From assembly GCA_050084515.1 (NCBI GenBank), contig CM114271.1:5146001-5210000 (forward strand): a stretch of DNA of 64,000 nucleotides, read 5' to 3'. The notes under the pieces were generated by a model that worked only from the letters and a program-made list of their open reading frames with translations, did no database searches and had not been told where the DNA came from. Source of the DNA: Blasia pusilla. Taxonomy: Eukaryota. The position numbers and the translations under genes were made by a program. Of this stretch, positions 53,705 to 64,000 are shown one piece after another; position 1 is the stretch's first letter; each line of letters opens with the position of its first letter.

Positions 53705-56355
53705 TGTTGTATCGAGAATCTTTCTTCGAGCAAGGGCGGGCCTTCTAGCTGCGGTAGATGCGGTCGATGCAAGGTGAACTCTCTAATAAGTTCTCCTTTT
53801 TCAATACAAAATTATGATGTACACTCTCCATTCTCTCACGACAGGTATCACAAATGGAAGTGCCGAGGCGATCACTTCTTCGTAACATCGGACCCCGAAA
53901 TTCCTAACTATAAAATCCCTATAAACTATTTTACGTTTGTACACGAGGAAGATATCACAACTAGTGTTAAACCCTACTTGACCAGGCCTATTGACATCCA
54001 TGGATCGCTATATAAGGACATACAAAGCACAATCCCATGTCCTTCCATATGTGACGATAGGAAGAATCACCGGAGTTGGAGATTGCATGATATGGTTCAT
54101 GAACGCCTCCCCAAAGTGATAAACTAAATAGCGAGTGAACCAGTGCCTATCTACAAAGAGTACCTTGACATGGTAAGGATTGAGGAAAGGAAAGTCGGGC
54201 ATAGCTCGTGCTCCACCCCTATCCATGCTTGACAGACATTCTCTACTCTCCTCAAGAATGGGTTTTGGCGGAGTTATTCTCCCAAGAGGGGTAATCCACT
54301 CTCATTGGGAAAGTAACAAGCCAAAACATCCGCTATTTTAGTATGACTAAACTCCTCTACGATGACAAACCTCTCATCCCCCCCACACACACACACCACA
54401 CTCTAGAAACCTCTCGAAGAATAGACCATGATCAAGTTACTCTCCCAAGAGGGGTGATCCACTGTCATTGGAAGAGCAAGCAATCCCAAAGCCATACACT
54501 CAAGAGAGACACGAGAGACTCAAGATGTGGAATAGAAGGTGATGAACCCTTGAAGGTCCCTCCTCTTTATATACTCACAAGGGATCCACAAGAGTAGAAA
54601 AATAGAGCTTATCTTATCTTGTGCCACATGGCTTCCTCTCAAGGCTTAGCCAATCACATTTTGACACAAGTAGATTTCCTCTTATCTCTTCCAAAATATC
54701 CTCTTTTACCCACATGATATTTTCCAAATTACCCCAACTAACCTAGCCACCAACCAAGACTACTTTTGCTTTTCATTAAAGCAACTACTTTACTTTTATA
54801 AAGTCATCTTTTATTTATTACCTCCTTTTCCTAAAGTTGGGCCCGCATAAAAGAGGCACCATAAAGAGGTTTAAACATAAGAATCTCTTTTTTCTAAGCC
54901 AATTTACTTAATACTAATGAAACTCTATCTAACACTTAATGACGAAGGAGTTTACATTAATCGTTGATTTTACTATACGACATTCACCCCCTCCAAACCT
55001 GCACATCCTCCGGTATGTGCCCAAAAACATCAAGACTTCTTGCTATAGACTTACTTATGTTGTGCCTCTAGACACATTCAATCGAAATCAAGAAATCCTT
55101 CACGTCTTTGGAAAATCTTGACCCTTTTTCCTGCAATGGGCAGCTTGAGAATTGTGCCATCTAGTTCACGTAGTTTGTAAGTGGCATTGTCAAAAGCAAA
55201 GACTACAACATGTGGACCAAACCAACGATGTGCAAACTTCTTAATTGTACTATGCTGGTTGTCAAGGCTGTTGTCGTGCACCAAGACCCAATCTCCTTCT
55301 CTTATCGACTTCTTCCGAAGTCGATGAGTTTTGTCGAAGCGCTCCTTATTTTTCAACCTTGCTTCCTTCATTTTGACTAACGCTTCTGCAATATCCTCTT
55401 CCCGCCGCTCTAGCTGTTGCATTCGAAATGCTAGGAGCTCTTCCCTATTGAGCCCGTCTTCCCACGACAAACCCATCCAAGTGGGTATATCTCCTTCTGC
55501 TGGCATTATCGGCTTTTGACCTGTCATCAAACTCAGAGGCATGAACCCTCGAATTGTCTTTGTGAGTGGTTCTATCTACCCATAATGCAAATGGAAGTAA
55601 TCTAGGCCAATTAGCATAACGATCTCCACACGCCTTTACCAATGCTTGAATGATTGGCGGATGTCCCCTTTCGCTCTTGCCGTTTGCCTCCGGATTCATG
55701 GAGTTTGTTAATCTCAACTAGACTCCATATCTCCTGAAGAACTCTCGTGCTTCCTCCGCATTCAACTCACCTCTATCTGCACGGATTCTCCCGACACTCC
55801 CATATCTAGCAACAATATCCTCTAGAATAAAACGACATATAGGCTCTGTTGTTTTAGCCCGTAAAGCCCTCCCTTCTACAAATTTGGACAACTCTTCTCG
55901 TGCTAGGACCAGGTAACGGATTCCCCAAAGACCTAGTGGCATAGCAACTAGATCTATAACCCATTGATGATGAATAGACAAAGGATACGTGGGTTTAAGT
56001 CCATCTCTCACCCTGATTTTTGATTGAAACTGATATTCAACACACGACCCAACATATCTCTCAACATCCTTATATAGGCCTTTCCACCAATACCTCTTTT
56101 TTATCTTGGTGAAAGTTGCCCAAGTACCTCTGTGACCTGCCCATAAAGAATTGTGGAATTCTTTGAGCACTTGCATTTTTGTCCCATTTTCATCCACCAC
56201 CCTCAAGGGCATTCCATCTTTCCTCTTTGGCCTTTTCCAAAGATATCCATCTTGTAGTAGATAGCCATACGCCTTGTGCCGAATCTCCTTGAAGAACTTT
56301 TCTGTCCACCCTCCATCTCTTTGCAGAGTGCTTAAATAGCGCCCAATTTCTTTTA
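53705..56355 (-). mobile_element. Family D Gypsy fragment (integrase, PPT, 3' LTR 53705-54982) nested in repeat A2 of copy 3; 5' part deleted
   Basis: GHRG...WWKG...C, WVIDL, ADRGE, NPEANGKSERG, RWFGP; PPT GGAGGGGGTGAA next to an LTR running TGTCGTAT...ATACAACA. Confidence 0.85.
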
Positions 56356-56506
56356 ACCTGCCCTACTGGAAAAGTCACCCTCAACTGAGTAACCCCCAAC
56401 CCTATGTATGAAATCGCATCTCTACCTAGACACTGCGGCCCTACATAAGGTATGGCCTCTACTAGCACATTATAGTCTACGACCTAAACCGTATGGTCAT
56501 GACAGT

Positions 56507-56613
56507 TGTCGTGCGAATCCACATCGTCATACAACATACATCGTTGATATACCATACTCATCTACATACATAACATAGATGAGAGCATCCACAAACATAA
56601 GTGTACCACAACT
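56507..56613 (-). repeat. Terminal repeat B1 of copy 3
   Basis: Follows the PPT; followed on the minus strand by AC and then TGTCATG (start of A2). Confidence 0.9.
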
Positions 56614-56784
56614 CCCCCCCTAACTGGCGGTTAGATCCCTCTAACTCCCAGGTAGCCCTATACATCTACTACATATTATACACCTTCTTGGGTGCACGAA
56701 TTAGAAGGCCGGGTGCTAGGTTGCCCCATCATTAGTCGCACATATGTAATCCATATCATACAAAGATCAAGTCATCTACCTCTC

Positions 56785-58150
56785 CTAAGTACATCGAAGA
56801 CAAACCCACCTTCCAGTAGGAACAACATCCATACGTGGAGTCAAACACATCATGTGCCAACCCCTAGAACACCGATCACACACCAATATACGGGCTGCGT
56901 TACCAACAAACCCACACAACATGCATCTCAAGCTAGCACGTATTATGGCTAAGCTTGGGTCAACAGTACCATCCACATTTGGAAGATGACATGGCGTACA
57001 ATTACGTACATGGTCCTTCCAAACAACTCCATCACGACCCTCCAACATGAGAACTCCAGAAGCTAACACCTCGCGCACTCGTAAAATAGTGCGGCGTGCC
57101 GTCACATCCAACGTTGTCGGTGCAATCTGCTGCAAATAGACATAGTCCCCCACATGGAACCTACGAATCGATGGTCGATAACCTCTACCCCGAATGGTTG
57201 CATACCGCAACGTATCCATGTGTTGAGCAATGGCAAGATTCTCAAAGGCTGTTGGCATAACTTTCCGAAAGAGCTCTGCACGCTGAGAACACAGTCTCAT
57301 CCACATCTCTGGGTCATCAAGGTTCACCACCTCACTAGACTCCCGACGAATTGCTGCTGGCAAGTCTGGATCTCGGCCGTATAACAAAAAATAAGGTGAG
57401 AAGGAAGCCAAGGATGCTTGGCGACTCAACCTATACCCCATGGCTAACCATGGCAACTGAATATCCCAGTCTCCAAGATGCCCCTTCTGTAGGCCATACT
57501 TGCGCAATGCCCTCTTCACCGTCTGAACCACACGCTCAGCCAAACCATCCGCCTCTGGATGATCTCGAGACGTGGTCCGATGATCAATCAACGCCTTGTC
57601 ACACAAGACTGAAACTCACCTTGAAACTCAGACCTTGGTCGGTCAAAGACTTCATTTGGTGCACCAAAATGACTACGCACTCTATCAAGAAACGCATACG
57701 CCGTTCCCTCACTTGCCTTGTCAGGTAATGCCACCAACTCAATCCACTTGGAGAAGTACTCCACCATCACCAACACATATCGATGATATCGTACAGTCAG
57801 CGGTAATGGTCCCGCAAAGTTCACACTCCAACGGTAATCCAACCCCATAATAGGCAAGGGGTGTAATTGTGGTGTAGGGGCATTAAATGATGCCCTCACC
57901 CGGTCACAAACCATACAATATGACACCAACTACTGCACGTGAGTATGCATGCCACGCCACCAATACTGACCAAGGAGTAAGCTATACGTACGCTTTACCC
58001 CAAAATGTCCCAACTCCTCATGGGCATGTCGCACAATGCGCTCTCTCTGAGCCAAATGCGGCACTACTCGTACTCTACCATCCTCCCACACACGTGAATA
58101 TGTGTTCCCTCCAATCGATACCTCTTAGCACGTTGAAGAACACGGTCTCA
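56785..58150 (-). pseudogene. Integrase with C-terminal PHD finger (copy 3)
   Basis: HPEADGLAER; CMLC...CDRC.RGWHMMC...WVCLRC (C4HC3). Confidence 0.9.
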
Positions 58151-58429
58151 CTCCTTGGCACTCACTATGCCTGGCACCCTATTGGTCCGTAGGAACTCCA
58201 ACACCAACGCATCATCATGAATATCATACTGATCCGTACCACCATCTCCAATCTTAGGATCTGAAGGCTGGCCATCTACCTTCTGACTAGAGTAAGATAT
58301 CATGTGGTTCTCCATACTAGAGTCCACCCCTAACCAACATAAAAAGGCGGATGCATGCCAACCTGGCACCATCTCCTCATCAACCTCGCCATGCCATCTA
58401 GCCCCAGTTGTATCCTCTTGGCTAGTACA

Positions 58430-59800
58430 TGGGTTCCGACTCAACCCATCAATATCAAGGTTGGCAACTCTAGGTCTATGTACCACCTGGAAGTCATACT
58501 CCTGTAAGATAAGAGCCCACCGTGCAAGCTACCCTGTAAGCTTGTCAGACTCCATTAACCACTTGAGCGGCCGGTAATCAGTAACAAGGGTAAACTGTGT
58601 GCCAAACACGTAACACCTAAAGTGTGCCACAACCCACACTACTGCCAAGCACTCTCCCTCATATGAACTATAGCGACTCATTTGCATTATTCGAACGACT
58701 TGCATAGGCCACCACAAACTCCATGTGCTCATCATCATGTTGTGTCAATACCTGTCCAAGTCCCAACCTACTCCAATCAGTGTGTAACTGAAATGGGCGC
58801 CCTCTGATAGGTCTCCTCAAGATAGGCGCCGCCACCAATTGGGCATTAAGCTCCACAAAAGCTCTCTCCTGATCATCTCCCCAGTGCCACTCTTGATCTG
58901 ATTTCAGAAATTGGTTCAAAGGCTTTGCCATAGCACTAAATCCCTTCACATACCTCCGATAGTAGTTCGCCAATCCCATGAATGCTCGAACTCTACTCAC
59001 ATCTACCGGATGCAGAATAAGTGCAATAGCCTCCACCTTTGCTTCCTAAACTCCCAAACCACCTGGATAGATCACATGACCCAAGTACTCAACATCCTCA
59101 TGGAAGAACTTACACTTTCTTGGATGCAAACGTAGACCATGAGCTTTCAACCGCTCAAACACCATCTGCAAATGTATCGATGCTCCTCCACCCGTATTAC
59201 TGAACACCAAGATATCATCAATGTAACACCGAACAAAATCCAACCCTGCTAGGATCCTGTCCATCACTCTCTGAAACTGGGCAAGTGCATTCTTCAACCC
59301 AAAGGGTAAGAATTTCCACTGGTACAAACAATCCTTGCCATGAGAGTTGACATCCCAAAATGATGTCTTGGCCTTGTCACTCTCCCGAATTGGCAATTGA
59401 TGGTATCCTACCCGAAGATCCAAAGTACTGAAAATCTTTGTCTATCCCACCACATCAAAGATTTCCTCAAGTGTAGGCATGGCATACCTATCGGCCTTGG
59501 TTTGCCGATTGATAGGACGGTAATCTCCACACATCCGCCTATCCGTGTAGTTGCCATGCATATCCTTTTTAGCAGGCATGACAATGGGTGATGCATACTC
59601 TCCATGCGACAACTCCACTAATCCAGCCTCCAAAAGGTCCAACGTCCTACTCTGAATCAGGTCCCTCTCCATATCACTACATCGGTAGGGACGATGGAAG
59701 ATTGGCGTATCACTAGCCAAATCAATTCGTATATCGGGTCCAACTAGAGCACCCAAATCCTTCATGCTAAAGGCAAAAAAACTCCTATAAGCACGTAGGA
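58430..59800 (-). pseudogene. pol: RT and RNase H (copy 3)
   Basis: RMCGDYRPIN, LPFGLKNA, YIDDILVF, LHTDWS, YEGECLAV. Confidence 0.9.
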
Positions 59801-60169
59801 ACTGTGTCAAGCGTCGTTTCTCACCTCCCGTAAGCTTGGGCCCAAGTAATGGCTCCCAAGTCTCCTCCAGTGGCACACTAGAGGGAGAGGGCGATGCCAT
59901 TGGTGCTCATAACCCCCTCACAAGATGGTACACCCTTAGCTACACCATCATCTCGAGCAAATAACTCCTCCACCAAAGATGAGCAACCAACTCCACATGC
60001 CCAGCCATTACATCCCATTTACTCCAAGGATGCAAAATACTACTCTCCTCGCCCCCAACCGATGCCTCTACCGTCCCGGTAGCCATCGAGCTCATTACAA
60101 GGGGTGGAAGACCCACATACATAGTTCGAAGTTGACGCTGCTCGGCCATACCAAGACTCAAAATCCAAG

Positions 60170-61100
60170 TCAAACAATTTAGGTCCATGGCCTGATCCAA
60201 CACATGACGTCGTGAAGCCTCAGAAATGGAAGCAACCGCTGTCACACCAATAGCAAATTCCATCGCACGCTCTCTCTCATCAGCGTTAGGCTCCACCAAC
60301 TGTCGCACATGAGAATCCCATACAAGCCCGGGACCACCTTCCCTGTATGCATGTGAGGAGAGAAAACTCACAAATGTGGGTAGTGCCATCCTAGGCTGGC
60401 CCACATGGTTCACCATTGCCATGGGTGACCGATCAATAACCCTCGCCACCTGAGAAAGTCGCCCAGTATCCAAGATTCTATCCACTGTAAGGCAAGGATC
60501 CCGCTGTACTGCATCATATGCTCGACGTAGAACCTCCCTAGGCAACAAGTTTGTCCACCACAAGCGTGGACGATGTACACGCGAGCCAACTCGCACTGCA
60601 TCCAACAACATCGCTGGTCCAATCCAAGACCGCACCTCATGAACACTCGCCATCATCCGGGTCCGAGTGTCACCCAACAATGGAACATTCTCCAGAATGT
60701 AAGCTAGAGCACGTGCCTGATGAACCTGAAGATGTCGTAACACCCGTAACATCTCCCAAAACAATCAAGACCTAGGGTCGTGACCTAGACCCTTACCACG
60801 ACCAACACGTGTATGACCCTGACATGGCCATCCAGCAATCACCAAATCCACAGGACCAACCCTCTCAAATTCCTACGCCCCCAACAATGCAATGTGTGAT
60901 GGCAAAGCACGCTGGTACCCACGAATAGCTGATGGCGGAAACAACTCAGGATATCTCCGCATCAACTGACCAATATGTCGCGATGAGACTCTATGGGCCA
61001 TCTCATCTCGCTCCACATACACGTATCTCCGCACAAGAATACCGGCCTGCAACCCTGCAGCCAAACCAGTGCTAATCCCACCAAAGAGATCTAACACACA
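60170..61100 (-). pseudogene. C5 DNA methyltransferase domain (copy 3)
   Basis: ICVLDLFGGISTG, YVERDE, DLVIAGWPCQGH (~60815-60850), YILENVP, HRPRLWW, EPNADERERAM, RRHVLDQAMD. Confidence 0.9.
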
Positions 61101-64000
61101 AATGCCCTCCGGCGGATACTTCCATACAATGGGTGTAGTATCCAAAGGGGATAACCCAACTGGACCAGAAGTAGGAGTCCGCCGTGGGGCCTCCTCTTCC
61201 TGGTGAGGTATAACAGCCTCACAGCAAGCCTCCTGCACTAGGCGATCAGCCTCCTACCGTAGTGCACCGCTTGAACTCCAAAGTGGCACATCCAACGATG
61301 AGGATTCCACTGCTGCAAAATAAGGACCTCCTCTACCTCCTCATGCACAGGAGAATCCATAGCGTAAAACATTACCTCCAAAAGTCTCTGGCCAAGTGAC
61401 TACTCCACTAAAACTAGCCACAGATGCTAACATCATGGGGAGGACCCTCTGGTCGAGCCCCATAAATAAATCTCACAGAACTTGGCTCATATGTCCATCC
61501 CGGACTCGCCAACCAGGTCTATAAGATTTGTCTCACCCAATAATCCATCTGAAAACCCATCGGGTATAATACTGCTCCTCCAACTAGTACATCATACGAC
61601 TCGGCTGATGTGACTACCGCAGATACTCCCAACTGGGAGCTATCAGTCGCATGATCTTGTCTCAACTGTACAAAAAACTACTCTCGTGTCATGAATTGAG
61701 ATCTATCATTGGCTCCTCCCAGTGATGTTTGAATCTGGAATGGGCAAGGCTCAAGCTCTGACCTCCAAATACCCAAACCAATACATGCCGCCTTTCCCAA
61801 CATCAAAGATTGGGCACCAGAGTCTAACAAGACTCTATCTGGTCTATGCACCTGTCCTGTAGGACTCACCAATCGGAATATCCCACTCCGGTTGCCCAAC
61901 ATACATACACCAGGTGTAAGCCTCTCACGATCAATGGCTGGCCGGGCTGGTAATGCATCCATCTTCGCCGGTGCTGCCTGCCAAGTAGCACTGGTACTCA
62001 ATGCTACACCTGACATAGAGGGTCGCTCCACCGCAACACCCTCATCCACCTCAAAGACGTGCAAGAATAACACCCCACGTTCACACAACGTGGCTGCTAG
62101 CTGAAATACAAGAGCTAAGTCAACTCCTAAAGCCATCAGCTCCATGGCCGAAAACAATGGGGATCCCAATATTGAAGTTGCCATCCGCAATACTGCAATG
62201 GATGCTGCATCCGTGTCTACTACACGTGATGTAGATGCCTCAGTCCCCACTGTCCGCTCAATAGGTTGCGTAGGAACCATGGATGGAGTCTTAAGCACCT
62301 CAGACAATAAGAATGACTGGGGAAGCCTACCCTGCCTCCCAGCCTCACCCCTCTGTGGGTCCAACTCCACAGTAGCACCACTTGGCTCTGACGCTCGAGT
62401 GGCTCCTCTCGTAACTACAGCTGATGCCTCAACGTGTGTTTCACTCGCCATATAAGAGAGATCATCCCCTCCATAAGAGGTGGAAGCCCCTGCTCCCGAA
62501 CCTGATCTATGCTGGATACCAACCATAGTAGCCAACTTCTGCTCCAACTGCTCAATCCTGGCAGCCATAGCTAACTCTGTCGTAGTGGTAGGCTCTCCAA
62601 CCACTGGTCCACCTCTACCACCCCTACCACCTCGGCCTCTCGGAGCTACTCCACTACGGCCGCGGCCTGATCTCAACTCTGGATGAAGATCAAAGCAACG
62701 CTCTCGAGGATGACCTGGTCTCCCGCGATGATCACATTGAGTTGGGGCCGACTAAGGCCCATCCTCCAAAGTCCGTCTCCCATCCTCTTGGGGACAAAAC
62801 TTCCTAACATGATCACCTCCACATGCGCAACATGACTGTCCTTGCTGCCGGGCAGCAAATGGAGGAAATAGTCTCTGCGCAAGTGTCCCTCTAGGACCTG
62901 ACTGTGGTCGTGTGTACCCCCCACGACTCCCACTACTACTACCACCACCACTACTACGAGACTGTGAGGTGGGCTGCTGAACACGAGAAGTAGTGGTTGT
63001 ATCCCTACTGAATGCGGATGTCACCACTCTCTCCTTCACCATGTCAAGCTCAATCTTCTTAGATAGAGCAAACACATGGGTCAATGTGGGTGAATCATCA
63101 CTCATAAGAGTAGCATCACGTACCCTGCGGCGGAACTCTCTGTCCAAGATCCCATACCTAAACTGGTACCTCCATGGGTACCTCCACTGGTATCCCCACT
63201 CCGGCTTGTACTCGTACCACTCAACGTCGGACTGACTAGCATAGTAGGAGCACTACTACCAATACCACCATGGGTGATAGACACATAGCCTGGAGACCAA
63301 TATTGTCTCCATGCCTCAATCTCAGCAATATGGTCCTTCCTAAACTCATGGTAATCATCCATGGTTGGTCCCTCCAAGTGCTGAAACAACCCCTTCCAAG
63401 CCAACAAGGGTGTAAACAACGTGGCGTTCCGCAACATCTGCATATCACACCACGTATCAAACTCCTGCATGAAGTCCTCCAACTCAATGGTACCCACTGC
63501 ACCCGAGTATCGTCGTGGGCCCTTCGTGGCCCCATATATCCCGTCCATGTCCCAAATCAATGGAGCTGCAACACTCGATAATAACGTGGAAGACTCGGTG
63601 TTTGGAACACCCTCGTCCTCCTCTTCATCAACAATCGGAAGTGGAAAAGGTAGTGGATACCTAAATCCACTCCGTGTGAAACCACCACCGTCCGCACCAC
63701 GGTCCCCAACCAGACCATCCGACAGCTCCGTGATGACCAACGCCGATGCCGCACCACCACCAAATTACCACCACTAAGTAACCAAGTGACGTCGATGTCG
63801 CTATACTATTCTAGCTCTACTAGCTATTGGTGTAGGCAAGCTAACCTGTCATCACCACAAGAAGCCTCCCACGGTCTACTGGTCATCACTCCAGCCTCAC
63901 TACCGCTAGCACACAGGAGTAACACTACTCTGGAAATCAACGTCAACCCTAACAATGGGCGTGCAAGCAACACGCTTTAGATCGGGCGATCTAAAGCGTG

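Larger units (their letters stand above)
53376..64000 (-). mobile_element. MTase-Gypsy copy 3 (divergent subfamily); 5' end beyond the window
   Basis: Gag ~62673-63740, protease LLDSGA ~61820, MTase 60170-61100, RT/RNase H ~58430-59800, integrase-PHD 56785-58150, PPT, B1 56507-56613, A2 from 56504 (interrupted), B2 53376-53482. Confidence 0.92.

Overview
Repeat-rich nuclear DNA of a land plant, probably a non-seed plant (inferred from the gene content). Host genes are a nuclear PsbX gene (~18.2-18.8 kb, +), a decayed AZG-type purine permease (~20.8-22.7 kb, +) and an intact four-exon beta-amylase (37.7-40.1 kb, -). Most of the rest is nested Ty3/Gypsy retrotransposons, solo LTRs and a Helitron remnant. 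The main finding is a Gypsy-type lineage present as three large copies (1-10085 +, 47720-53375 +, 53376-64000 -) and two LTR remnants. Its polyprotein order is Gag - protease - C5 cytosine DNA methyltransferase - RT - RNase H - DDE integrase - PHD finger. It has split terminal repeats (A-internal-B-NN-A-B) instead of two equal LTRs, with an internal abutted att junction CACGACA-NN-TGTCA. It has no tRNA primer site; instead a 16-nt PBS is complementary to the element's own predicted 5' end (Tf1-like self-priming). Together these suggest, by inference, a cDNA that circularises and is integrated by the DDE integrase through the internal att junction.
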